Shown here piece after piece: positions 9,330 to 23,800 of a stretch of DNA of 64,000 bases. The stretch comes from Paragordius varius. Taxonomy: Eukaryota; Animalia; Nematomorpha. The stretch is taken from assembly GCA_964247055.1 (NCBI GenBank), contig OZ176053.1, forward strand, positions 13,578,001 to 13,642,000, read 5' to 3'. Under the pieces are notes generated by a model that did no database searches, was not told where the DNA came from, and saw nothing but the letters and a program-made list of their open reading frames with translations. The translations under genes were made by a program, and so were the position numbers. How positions within the stretch are numbered: position 1 is the stretch's first letter; the number at the start of each line of letters is the position of its first letter.

Positions 9330-12300
9330 TAATTTTGTTCACCGGTGACCAATATCCGATTTTTAAGGACAAAGTTTAACTTGAGTATTAATGCGACTAG
9401 TTTAACACATTAATTTTTAAAGTATCGTTGTAAAAATCGGATATGAAAGAGTTTGTCAAAATATCTCTATATTTTGATGTAGTCTTACTAAGAGAATGTA
9501 TAAAAAATAATTTTGTTCACCGGTGACCAATATCCGATTTTTAAGGACAAAGTTTAACTTGAGTATTGATGCGACTGGTTATACCATAATTTTTAAAGTA
9601 TCGTTGTAAAAATCGGATATGAAAGAGTTTGTCAAACTATCTCTATAATTTGATGTAGTCTTACTAAGAGAATGTATAAAAGATTATTTTGTTCACCGGT
9701 GACCAATATCCGATTTTTAAGGACAAAGTTTAACTTGAGTATTGATGCGACTTATTGATACGACTAGTTTTATACATTAATTTATAAAGTATCGTTGTAA
9801 AAATCGGATATGAAAGAGTTTGTCAAACTATCTCTATTATTTGATGTAGTCTTGCTAAGAGAATGTATAAAAAATTATTTTGTTCACCGCTGACCAATAT
9901 CCGATTTTTAAGGACAAAGTTTAACTTGAGTATTGATGCGACTAGTTTAATACATTAATTTTTAAAGTATCGTTGAAAAAATCAGATATGAAAGAGTTTG
10001 TCAAACTATCTCTATATTTTGATGTAGTCTTACTAAGAGAATGTATAAAAAATTATTTTGTTCACCGGTGACCAATATCCGATTTTTAAGGACAAAGTTT
10101 AACTTGAGTATTGATGCGATGTATTGATACGACTAGTTTTATACATTAATTTATAAAGTATCGTTGTAAAAATCGGATATGAAAGAGTTTGTCAAACTAT
10201 CTCTATTATTTGATGTAGTCTTGCTAAGAGAATGTATAAAAAATTATTTTGTTCACCGTGACCAATATCCGATTTTTAAGGACAAAGTTTAACTTGAATA
10301 TTGATGCGACTAGTTTAATACATTAATTTTTAAAGTATCGTTGTAAAAATCGGATATGAAAGAGTTTGTCAAACTATCTCTATATTTTGATGTAGTCTTA
10401 CTAAGAGAATGTATAAAAAATTATTTTGTTCACCGGTGACCAATATCCGATTTTTAAGGACAAAGTTTAACTTGAGTATTGATGCGACTTATTGATACGA
10501 CTAGTTTTATACATTAATTTATAAAGTATCGTTGTAAAAATCGGATATGAAAGAGTTTGTCAAACTATCTCTATTATTTGATGTAGTCTTGCTAAGAGAG
10601 GAATAAAAAAAATTATTTTGTTCACCGTGACCAATATCCGATTTTTAAGGACAAAGTTTAACTTGAATATTGATGCGACTAGTTTAATACATTAATTTTT
10701 AAAGTATCGTTGTAAAAATCGGATATGAAAGAGTTTGTTAAAATATCTCTATATTTTGATGTAGTCTTACTAAGAGAATGTATAAAAAATAATTTTGTTC
10801 ACCGGTAACCAATATCCGATTTTTAAGGACAAAGTTTAACTTGAGTATTGATGCGACTGGTTTAATACCATAATTTTTAAAGTATCGTTGTACAATCCGG
10901 ATAGGAAAGAGTTTGCCAAACTATCTCTATATTTTGATGTAGTCCTAATAAGAGAATGTATAAAAAATAATTTTGTTCACCGGTGACCAATATCTGATTT
11001 TTAAGGACAAAGTTTAACTTGAGTATTGATACGATTTATTGATACGACTAGTTTTATACATTAATTTTTAAAGTATCGTTGTAAAAATCGGATATGAAAG
11101 AGTTTGTCAAACTATCTCTATATTTTGATGTAGTCTTACTAAGAGAATGTATAAAAAATAATTTTGTTCACCGGTGACCAATATCCGATTTTTAAGGACA
11201 AAGTTTAACTTGAGTATTGATGCGACTAGTTTAACACATTAATTTTTAAAGTATCGTTGTAAAAATCGGATATGGAAAGAGTTTGTCAAACTATCTCTAT
11301 ATTTTGATGTAGTCTTACTAAGAGAATGTATAAAAAATTATTTTGTTCACCGGTGACCAATATCCGATTTTTAAGGACAAAGTTTAACTTGAGTATTAAT
11401 GCGACTAGTTTAACACATTAATTTTTAAAGTATCGTTGTAAAAATCGGATATGAAAGAGTTTGTCAAAATATCTCTATATTTTGATGTAGTCTTACTAAG
11501 AGAATGTATAAAAAATAATTTTGTTCACCGGTGACCAATATCCGATTTTTAAGGACAAAGTTTAACTTGAGTATTGATGCGACTGGTTATACCATAATTT
11601 TTAAAGTATCGTTGTAAAAATCGGATATGAAAGAGTTTGTCAAACTATCTCTATAATTTGATGTAGTCTTACTAAGAGAATGTATAAAAGATTATTTTGT
11701 TCACCGGTGACCAATATCCGATTTTTAAGGACAAAGTTTAACTTGAGTATTAATGCGACTTATTGATACGACTAGTTTTATACATTAATTTATAAAGTAT
11801 CGTTGTAAAAATCGGATATGAAAGAGTTTGTCAAACTATCTCTATTATTTGATGTAGTCTTGCTAAGAGAATGTATAAAAAATTATTTTGTTCACCGCTG
11901 ACCAATATCCGATTTTTAAGGACAAAGTTTAACTTGTGTATTGATGCGACTAGTTTAATACATTAATTTTTCAAGTATCGTTGTAAAAATCAGATATGAA
12001 AGAGTTTGTCAAACTATCTCTATATTTTGATGTAGTCTTACTAAGAGAATGTATAAAAAATTATTTTGTTCACCGGTGACCAATATCCGATTTTTAAGGA
12101 CAAAGTTTAACTTGAGTATTGATGCGACTTATTGATACGACTAGTTTTATACATTAATTTATAAAGTATCGTTGTAAAAATCGGATATGAAAGAGTTTGT
12201 CAAACTATCTCTATTATTTGATGTAGTCTTGCTAAGAGAATGTATAAAAAATTATTTTGTTCACCGTGACCAATATCCGATTTTTAAGGACAAAGTTTAA

Positions 12301-12440
12301 CTTGAATATTGATGCGACTAGTTTAATACATTAATTTTTAAAGTATCGTTGTAAAAATCGGATATGAAAGAGTTTGTCAAACTATCTCTATATTTTGATG
12401 TAGTCTTACTAAGAGAATGTATAAAAAATAATTTTGTTCA
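9330..12440 (-). repeat. Higher-order duplication, offset 2008 bp (~11 monomers)
   Basis: TATTAATGCG 9391/11399, CCGCTGACC 9887/11895 and CCGTGACC 10256/12264 are all 2008 apart. Confidence 0.92.
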
Positions 12441-15400
12441 CCGGTGACCAATATCCGATTTTTAAGGACAAAGTTTAACTTGAGTATTGATGCGACTGGT
12501 TTAATACCATAATTTTTAAAGTATCGTTGTACAATCCGGATATGAAAGAGTTTGTCAAACTATCTCTATATTTTGATGTAGTCTTACTAAAAGAATGTAT
12601 AAAAATAGTTTTGTTCACCGGTGACCAATATCCGATTTTTAAGGACAAAGTTTAACTTGCTTATTGTCGTATGCTAAATTATACATTAATTTATAAAGTA
12701 TCGTTGTAAAAATCGGATATGAAAGAGTTTGTCAAACTATCTCTATTATTTGATGTAGTCTTGCTAAGAGAATGTATAAAAAATTATTTTGTTCACCGGT
12801 GACCAATATCCGATTTTTAAGGACAAAACTTGAGTATTGATGCGACTAGTTTAATACATTAATTTTTAAAGTATCGTTGTAAAAATCAGATATAAAAGAG
12901 TTTGTCAAACTATCTCTATATTTTGATGTAGTCTTACTAAGAGAATGTATAAAAAATTATTTTGTTCACCGGTGACCAATATCCGATTTTTAAGGACAAA
13001 GTTTAACTTGAGTATTGATGCGACTTATTGATACGACTAGTTTTATACATTAATTTATAAAGTATCGTTGTAAAAATCGGATATGAAAGAGTTTGTCAAA
13101 CTATCTCTATTATTTGATGTAGTCTTGCTAAGAGAATGTATAAAAAATTATTTTGTTCACCGTGACCAATATCCGATTTTTAAGGACAAAGTTTAACTAG
13201 AATATTGATGCGACTAGTTTAATACATTAATTTTTAAAGTATCGTTGTAAAAATCGGATATGAAAGAGTTTGTCAAACTATCTCTATATTTTGATGTAGT
13301 CTTACTAAGAGAATGTATAAAAAATTATTTTGTTAACCGGTGACCAATAACCGATTTTTAAGGACAAAGTTTAACTTGAGTATTGATGCGACTTATTGAT
13401 ACGACTAGTTTTATACATTAATTTATAAAGTATCGTTGTAAAAATCGGATATGAAAGAGTTTGTCAAACTATCTCTATTATTTGATGTAGTCTTGCTAAG
13501 AGAATGTATAAAAAATTATTTTGTTCACCGTGACCAATATCCGATTTTTAAGGACAAAGTTTAACTTGAATATTGATGCGACTAGTTTAATACATTAATT
13601 TTTAAAGTATCGTTGTAAAAATCGGATATGAAAGAGTTTTTCAAACTATCTCTATATTTTGATGTAGTCTTACTAAGAGAATGTATAAAAAATAATTTTG
13701 TTTACCGGTGACCAATATCCGATTTTTAAGGACAAAGTTTAACTTGAGTATTGATGCGACTTATTGATACGACTAGTTTTATACATTAATTTATAAAGTA
13801 TCGTTGTAAAAATCGGATGTGAAAGAGTTTGTCAAACTATCTCTATTATTTGATGTAGTCTTGCTAAGAGAATGTATAAAAAATTATTTTGTTCACCGTG
13901 ACCAATATCCGAGTTTTAAGGACAAAGTTTAACTTGAATATTGATGCGACTAGTTTAATACATTAATTTTTAAAGTATCGTTGTAAAAATCGGATATGAA
14001 AGAGTTTTTCAAACTATCTCTATATTTTGATGTAGTCTTACTAAGAGAATGTATAAAAAATAATTTTGTTCACCGGTGACCAATATCCGCTTTTTAAGGA
14101 CAAAGTTTAACTTGAGTATTGATGCGACTTATTGATACGACTAGTTTTATACATTAATTTATAAAGTATCGTTGTAAAAATCGGATATGAAAGAGTTTGT
14201 CAAACTATCTCTATTATTTGATGTAGTCTTGCTAAGAGAATTAAGGACAAAGTTTAACTTGAGTATTGATGCGACTAGTTTAATACATTAATTTTTAAAG
14301 TATCGTTGTAAAAATCGGATATGAAAGAGTTTGTCAAAATATCTCTATATTTTGATGTAGTCTTACTAAGAGAATGTATAAAAAATAATTTTGTTCACCG
14401 GTGACCAATATCCGATTTTTAAGGACAAAGTTTAACTTGAGTATTGATGCGACTGGTTATACCATAATTTTTAAAGTATCGTTGTAAAAATCGGATATGA
14501 AAGGGTTTGTCAAACTATATCTATAATTTGATGTAGTCTTACTAAGAGAATGTATAAAAGATTATTTTGTTCACCGGTGACCAATATCCGCTTTTTAAGG
14601 ACAAAGTTTAACTTGAGTATTGATGCGACTTATTGATACGACTAGTTTTATACATTAATTTATAAAGTATCGTTGTAAAAATCGGATATGAAAGAGTTTG
14701 TCAAACTATCTCTATTATTTGATGTAGTCTTGCTAAGAGAATGTATAAAAAATTATTTTGTTCACCGGTGACCAATATCCGATTTTTAAGGACAAAGTTT
14801 AACTTGAGTATTGATGCGACTGGTTTAATACCATAATTTTTAAAGTATCGTTGTAAAAATCGGATATGAAAGAGTTTGTCAAACTATCTCTATATTTTGA
14901 TGTAGTCTTACTAAGAGAATGTATAAAAAATTATTTTGTTCACCGGTGACCAATATCCGATTTTTAAGGACAAAGTTTAACTTGAGTATTGATGCGATTT
15001 ATTGATACGACTAGTTTTATACATTAATTTATAAAGTATCGTTGTAAAAATCGGATATGAAAGAGTTTGTCAAACTATCTCTATTATTTGATGTAGTCTT
15101 GCTAAGAGAATGTATAAAAAATAATTTTGTTCACCGGTGACCAATATCCGATTTTTAAGGACAAAGTTTAACTTGAATATTGATGCGACTAGTTTAGTAC
15201 ATTAATTTTTAAAGTATCGTTGTAAAAATCGGATATGAACGAGTTTGTCCAACTATCTCTATATTTTGATGTAGTCTTACTAAGAGAATGTATAAAAAAT
15301 TATTTTGTTCACCGGTGACCAATATCCGATTTTTAAGGACAAAGTTTAACTTGAGTATTGATGCGACTTATTGATACGACTAGTTTTATACTTAAATTTA

Positions 15401-16399
15401 TAAAGTATCGTTGTAAAAATCGGATATGAAAGAGTTTGTCAAACTATCTCTATTATTTGATGTAGTCTTGCTAAGAGAATGTATAAAAAATTATTTTGTT
15501 CACCGATGACCAATATCCGATTTTTAAGGACAAAGTTTAACTTGAGTATTGATGCGACTAGTTTAATACATAAATTTTTAAAGTATCGTTGTACAATCCG
15601 GATAGGAAAGAGTTTGCCAAACTATCTCTATATTTTAATGTAGTCCTACTAAGAGAATGTATAAAAAATAATTTTGTTCACCGGTGACCAATATCCGATT
15701 TTTAAGGACAAAGTTTAACTTGAGTATTGATGCGACTAGTTTAATACATAAATTTATAAAGTATCGTTGTAAAAATCGGATATGAAAGAGTTTGTCAAAC
15801 TATCTCTATTATTTGATGTAGTCTTGCTAAGAGAATGTATAAAAAATAATTTTGTTCACCGGTGACCAATATCCGATTTTTAAGGACAAAGTTTAACTTG
15901 AGTATTGATGCGACTTATTGATACGATTAGTTTTATACATTAATATATAAAGTATTGTTGTAATAATCGGATATGAAAGAGTTTGTCAAACTATCTCTAT
16001 TATTTGATGTAGTCTTGCTAAGAGAATGTATAAAAAATTATTTTGTTCACCGATGACCAATATCCGATTTTTAAGGACAAAGTTTAACTTGAGTATTGAT
16101 GCGACTAGTTTAATACATAAATTTTTAAAGTATCGTTGTACAATCCGGATAGGAAAGAGTTTGCCAAACTATCTCTATATTTTAATGTAGTCCTACTAAG
16201 AGAATGTATAAAAAATATATTTGTTCACCGGTGACCAATATCCGATTTTTAAGGACAAAGTTTAACTTGAGTATTGATGCGACTAGTTTAATACATTAAT
16301 TTTTAAAGTATCGTTGTAAAAATCGGATATGAAAGAGTTTGTCAAAATATCTCTATATTTTGATGTAGTCTTACTAAGAGAATGTATAAAAAATAATTT

Positions 16400-19300
16400 T
16401 GTTCACCGGTGACCAATATCCGATTTTTAAGGACAAAGTTTAACTTGAGTATTAATGCGACTAGTTTAACACATTAATTTTTAAAGTATCGTTGTAAAAA
16501 TCGGATATGAAAGAGTTTGTCAAAATATCTCTATATTTTGATGTAGTCTTACTAAGAGAATGTATAAAAAATAATTTTGTTCACCGGTGACCAATATCCG
16601 ATTTTTAAGGACAAAGATTAACTTGAGTATTGATGCGACTGGTTATACCATAATTTTTAAAGTATCGTTGTAAAAATCGGATATGAAAGAGTTTGTCAAA
16701 CTATCTCTATAATTTGATGTAGTCTTACTAAGAGAATGTATAAAAGATTATTTTGTTCACCGGTGACCAATATCCGATTTTTAAGGACAAAGTTTAACTT
16801 GAGTATTGATGCGACTTATTGATACGACTAGTTTTATACATTAATTTATAAAGTATCGTTGTAAAAATCGGATATGAAAGAGTTTGTCAAACTATCTCTA
16901 TTATTTGATGTAGTCTTGCTAAGAGAATGTATAAAAAATTATTTTGTTCACCGGTGACCAATATCCGATTTTTAAGGACAAAGTTTAACTTGAGTATTGA
17001 TGCGACTGGTTTAATACCATAATTTTTAAAGTATCGTTGTAAAAATCAGATATGAAAGAGTTTGTCAAACTATCCTTATATTTTGATGTAGTCTTACTAA
17101 GAGAATGTATAAAAAATTATTTTGTTCACCGGTGACCAATATCCGATGTTTAAGGACAAAGTTTAACTTGAGTATTGATGCGACTTATTGATACGACTAG
17201 TTTTATACATTAATTTATAAAGTATCGTTGTAAAAATCGGATATGAAGGAGTTTGTCAAACTATCTCTATTATTTGATGTAGTCTTGCTAAGAGAATGTA
17301 TAAAAAATAATTTTGTTCACCGGTGACCAATATCCGATTTTTAAGGACAAAGTTTAACTTGAGTATTGATGCGACTGGTTATACCATAATTTTTAAAGTA
17401 TCGTTGTAAAAATCGGATATGAAAGAGTTTGTCAAACTATCTCTATAATTTGATGTAGTCTTACTAAGAGAATGTATAAAAGATTATTTTGTTCACCGGT
17501 GACCAATATCCGATTTTTAAGGACAAAGTTTAACTTGAGTATTGATGCGACTTATTGATACGACTAGTTTTATACATTAATTTATAAAGTATCGTTGTAA
17601 AAATCGGATATGAAAGAGTTTGTCAAACTATCTCTATTATTTGATGTAGTCTTGCTAAGAGAATGTATAAAAAATTATTTTGTTCACCGGTGACCAATAT
17701 CCGATTTTTAAGGACAAAGTTTAACTTGAGTATTGATGCGATGGTTTAATACCATAATTTTTAAAGTATCGTTGTACAATCCGGATATGAAAGAGTTTGT
17801 CAAACTATCTCTATATTTTGATGTAGTCTTACTAAGAGAATGTATAAAAAATTATTTTGTTCACCGGTGACCAATATCCGATTTTTAAGGACAAAGTTTA
17901 ACTTGAGTATTGATGCGACTTATTGATACGATTAGTTTTATACATTAATATATAAAGTATTGTTGTAATAATCGGATATGAAAGAGTTTGTCAAAATATC
18001 TCTATATTTTGATGTAGTCTTGCTAAGAGAATGTATAAAAAATTATTTTGTTCACCGGTGACCAATATCCGATTTTTAAGGACAAAGTTTAATTTGAGTA
18101 TTGATGCGACTGGTTTAATACCATAATTTTTAAAGTATCGTTGTAAAAATCAGATATGAAAGAGTTTGTCAAACTATCCTTATATTTTGATGTAGTCTTA
18201 CTAAGAGAATGTATAAAAAATTATTTTGTTCACCGGTGACCAATATCCGATGTTTAAGGACAAAGTTTAACTTGAGTATTGATGCGACTTATTGATACGA
18301 CTAGTTTTATACATTAATTTATAAAGTATCGTTGTAAAAATCGGATATGAAGGAGTTTGTCAAACTATCTCTATTATTTGATGTAGTCTTGCTAAGAGAA
18401 TGTATAAAAAATAATTTTGTTCACCGGTGACCAATATCCGATTTTTAAGGACAAAGTTTAACTTGAGTATTGATGCGACTGGTTATACCATAATTTTTAA
18501 AGTATCGTTGTAAAAATCGGATATGAAAGAGTTTGTCAAACTATCTCTATAATTTGATGTAGTCTTAATAAGAGAATGTATAAAAGATTATTTTGTTCAC
18601 CGGTGACCAATATCCGATTTTTAAGGACAAAGTTTAACTTAAGTATTGATGCGACTTATTGATACGATTAGTTTTATACATTAATATATAAAGTATTGTT
18701 GTAATAATCGGATATGAAAGAGTTTGTCAAACTATCTCTATTATTTGATGTAGTCTTGCTAAGAGAATGTATAAAAAATTATTTTGTTCACCGATGACCA
18801 ATATCCGATTTTTAAGGCAAAGTTTAACTTGAGTATTGATGCGACTAGTTTAATACATAAATTTTTAAAGTATCGTTGTACAATCCGGATAGGAAAGAGT
18901 TTGCCAAACTATCTCTATATTTTAATGTAGTCCTACTAAGAGAATGTATAAAAAATAATTTTGTTCACCGGTGACCAATATCCGATTTTTAAGGACAAAG
19001 TTTAACTCGAGTATTGATGCGACTAGTTTAATACATTAATTTTTAAAGTATCGTTGTAAAAATCGGATATGAAAGTGTTTGTCAAAATATCTCTATATTT
19101 TGATGTAGTCTTACTAAGAGAATGTATAAAAAATAATTTTGTCCGGTGACCAATATCCGATTTTTAAGGACAAAGTTTAACTTGAGTATTAATGCGACTA
19201 GTTTAACACATTAATTTTTAAAGTATCGTTGTAAAAATCGGATATGAAAGAGTTTGTCAAAATATCTCTATATTTTGATGTAGTCTTACTAAGAGAATGT

Positions 19301-20650
19301 ATAAAAAATAATTTTGTTCACCGGTGACCAATATCCGATTTTTAAGGACAAAGTTTAACTTGAGTATTAATGCGACTAGTTTAACACATTAATTTTTAAA
19401 GTATCGTTGTAAAAATCGGATATGAAAGAGTTTGTCAAAATATCTCTATATTTTGATGTAGTCTTACTAAGAGAATGTATAAAAAATAATTTTGTTCACC
19501 GGTGACCAATATCCGATTTTTAAGGACAAAGATTAACTTGAGTATTGATGCGACTGGTTATACCATAATTTTTAAAGTATCGTTGTAAAAATCGGATATG
19601 AAAGAGTTTGTCAAACTATCTCTATAATTTGATGTAGTCTTACTAAGAGAATGTATAAAAGATTATTTTGTTCACCGGTGACCAATATCCGATTTTTAAG
19701 GACAAAGTTTAACTTGAGTATTGATGCGACTTATTGATACGACTAGTTTTATACATTAATTTATAAAGTATCGTTGTAAAAATCGGATATGAAAGAGTTT
19801 GTCAAACTATCTCTATTATTTGATGTAGTCTTGCTAAGAGAATGTATAAAAAATTATTTTGTTCACCGGTGACCAATATCCGATTTTTAAGGACAAAGTT
19901 TAACTTGAGTATTGATGCGACTGGTTTAATACCATAATTTTTAAAGTATCGTTGTAAAAATCAGATATGAAAGAGTTTGTCAAACTATCTCTATATTTTG
20001 ATGTAGTCTTACTAAGAGAATGTATAAAAAATTATTTTGTTCACCGGTGACCAATATCCGATGTTTAAGGACAAAGTTTAACTTGAGTATTGATGCGACT
20101 TATTGATACGACTAGTTTTATACATTAATTTATAAAGTATCGTTGTAAAAATCGGATATGAAGGAGTTTGTCAAACTATCTCTATTATTTGATGTAGTCT
20201 TGCTAAGAGAATGTATAAAAAATAATTTTGTTCACCGGTGACCAATATCCGATTTTTAAGGACAAAGTTTAACTTGAGTATTGATGCGACTGGTTATACC
20301 ATAATTTTTAAAGTATCGTTGTAAAAATCGGATATGAAAGAGTTTGTCAAACTATCTCTATAATTTGATGTAGTCTTACTAAGAGAATGTATATAAGATT
20401 ATTTTGTTCACCGGTGACCAATATCCGATTTTTAAGGACAAAGTTTAACTTGAGTATTGATGCGACTTATTGATACGACTAGTTTTATACATTAATTTAT
20501 AAAGTATCGTTGTAAAAATCGGATATGAAAGAGTTTGTCAAACTATCTCTATTATTTGATGTAGTCTTGCTAAGAGAATGTATAAAAAATTATTTTGTTC
20601 ACCGGTGACCAATATCCGATTTTTAAGGACAAAGTTTAACTTGAATATTG
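16400..20650 (-). repeat. Nested duplications, offsets 2915 bp and 1104 bp
   Basis: Offset 2915: AAAGATTA 16616/19531, ATCCGATGTT 17141/20056, GAAGGAG 17245/20160. Offset 1104: TATCCTT 17071/18175, ATCCGATGTT 17141/18245, GAAGGAG 17245/18349. Confidence 0.92.
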
Positions 20651-20899
20651 ATGCGACTAGTTTAATACATTAATTTTTAAAGTATCGTTGTAAAAATCGG
20701 ATATGAAAGAGTTTGTCAAACTATCTCTATATTTTGATGTAGTCTTACTAAGAGAATGTATAAAAAGTAATTTTGTTCACCGGTGACCAATATCCGATTT
20801 TTAAGGACAAAGTTTAACTTGAGTATTGATGCGACTGGTTTAATACCATAATTTTTAAAGTATCGTTGTACAATCCGGATATGAAAGAGTTTGTCAAAC

Positions 20900-23800
20900 T
20901 ATCTCTATATTTTGATGTAGTCTTACTAAGAGAATGTATAAAAAATTATTTTGTTCACCGGTGACCAATATCCGATTTTTAAGGACAAAGTTTAACTTGA
21001 GTATTGATGCGACTTATTGATACGATTAGTTTTATACATTAATATATAAAGTATTGTTGTAATAATCGGATATGAAAGAGTTTGTCAAACTATCTCTATT
21101 ATTTGATGTAGTCTTGCTAAGAGAATGTATAAAAAATTATTTTGTTCACCGATGACCAATATCCGATTTTTAAGGACAAAGTTTAACTTGAGTATTGATG
21201 CGACTAGTTTAATACATTAATTTTTAAAGTATCGTTGTACAATCCGGATAGGAAAGAGTTTGCCAAACTATCTCTATATTTTAATGTAGTCCTACTAAGA
21301 GAATGTATAAAAAATAATTTTGTTCACCGGTGACCAATATCCGATTTTTAAGGACAAAGTTTAACTTGAGTATTGATACGATTTATTGATACGACTAGTT
21401 TTATACATTAATTTTTAAAGTATCGTTGTAAAAATCGGATATGAAAGAGTTTGTCAAACTATCTCTATATTTTAATGTAGTCTTACTAAGAGAATGTATA
21501 AAAAATAATTTTGTTCACCGGTGACCAATATCCGATTTTTAAGGACAAAGTTTAACTTGAGTATGCGACTAGTTTAACACATTAATTTTTAAAGTATCGT
21601 TGTAAAATTCGGATATGGAAAGAGTTTGTCAAACTATTTCTATATTTTGATGTAGTCTTACTAAGAGAATGTATAAAAAATTATTTTGTTCACCGGTGAC
21701 CAATATCCGATTTTTAAGGACAAAGTTTAACTTGAGTATTAATGCGACTAGATTAACACATTAATTTTTAAAGTATCGTTGTAAAAATCGGATATGAAAG
21801 AGTTTGTCAAAATATCTCTATATTTTGATGTAGTCTTACTAAGAGAATGTATAAAAAATAATTTTGTTCACCGGTGACCAATATCCGATTTTTAAGGACA
21901 ATGTTTAACTTGAGTATTGATGCGACTGGTTATACCATAATTTTTAAAGTATCGTTGTAAAATTCGGATATGAAAGAGTTTGTCAAACTATCTCTATAAT
22001 TTGATGTAGTCTTACTAAGAGAATGTATAAAAGATTATTTTGTTCACCGGTAACCAATATCCGATTTTTAAGGACAAAGTTTAACTTGAGTATTGATGCG
22101 ACTTATTGATACGACTAGTTTTATACATTAATTTATAAAGTATCGTTGTAAAAATCGGATATGAAAGAGTTTGTCAAACTATCTCTATTATTTGATGTAG
22201 TCTTGCTAAGAGAATGTATAAAAAATTATTTTGTTTACCGGTGACCAATATCCGATTTTTAAGGACAAAGTTTAACTTGAGTATTGATGCGACTAGTTTA
22301 ATACATTAATTTTTAAAGTATCGTTGTAAAAATCGGATATGAAAGAGTTTGTCAAACTATCTTTATATTTTGATGTAGTCTTACTAAGAGAATGTATAAA
22401 AAATTATTTTGTTCACCGGGGACCAATATCCGATTTTTAAGGATAAGTTTAACTTGAGTATTGATGCGACTTATTGATACGACTAGTTTTATACATTAAT
22501 TTATAAAGTATCGTTGCAAAAATCGGATATGAAAGAGTTTGTCAAACTATCTCTATTATTTGATGTAGTCTTACTAAGAGAATGTATAAAAAATAATTTT
22601 GTTCACCGGTGACCAATATCCGATTTTTAAGGACAAAGTTTAACTTGAGTATTGATGCGACTAGTTTAATACATTAATTTTTAAAGTATCGTTGTAAAAA
22701 TCGGATATGAAAGAGTTTGTCAAACTATCTCTATATTTTGATGTAGTCTTACTAAGAGAATGTATAAAAAATTATTTGGTTCACCGGGGACCAATATCCG
22801 ATTTTTAAGGACAAAGTTTAACTTGAGTAATCATGCGACTAGTTTAATACATTAATTTTTAAAGTATCGTTGTAAAAATCGGATATGAAAGAGTTTGTCA
22901 AACTATCTCTATAATTTGATGTAGTCTTACTAGAATGTATAAAAAATTATTTTGTTCACCGGTGACCAATATCCGATTTTTAAGGACAAAGTTTAACTTG
23001 AGTATTGATGCGACTTATTGATACGACTAGTTTTATACATTAATTTATAAAGTATCGTTGTAAAAATCGGATATGAAAGAGTTTGTCAAACTATCTCTAT
23101 TATTTGATGTAGTCTTGCTAAGAGAATGTATAAAAAATTATTTTGTTCACCGTGACCAATATCCGATTTTTAAGGACAAAGTTTAATTTGAATATTGATG
23201 CGACTAGTTTAATACATTAATTTTTAAAGTATCGTTGTAAAAATCGGATATGAAAGAGTTTGTCAAACTATCTCTATATTTTGATGTAGTCTTACTAAGA
23301 GAATGTATAAAAAATTATTTTGTTCACCGGGGACCAATATCCGATTTTAAAGGACAAAGTTTAACTTGAGTATTAATGCGACTAGTTTAACACATTAATT
23401 TTTAAAGTATCGTTGTAAAAATCGGATATGAAAGAGTTTGTCAAAATATCTCTATATTTTGATGTAGTCTTACTAAGAGAATGTATAAAAAATAATTTTG
23501 TTCACCGGTGACCAATATCCGATTTTTAAGGACAAAGTTTAACTTGAGTATTGATGCGACTGGTTAAATCATAATTTTTAAAGTATCGTTGTAAAAATCG
23601 GATATGAAAGAGTTTGTCAAACTATCTCTATAATTTGATGTAGTCTTACTAAGAGAATGTATAAAAGATTATTTTGTTCACTGGTAACCAATATCCGATT
23701 TTTAAGGACAAAGTTTAACTTGAGTATTGATGCGACTTATTGATACGACTAGTTTTATACATTAATTTATAAAGTATCGTTGTAAAAATCGGATATGAAA

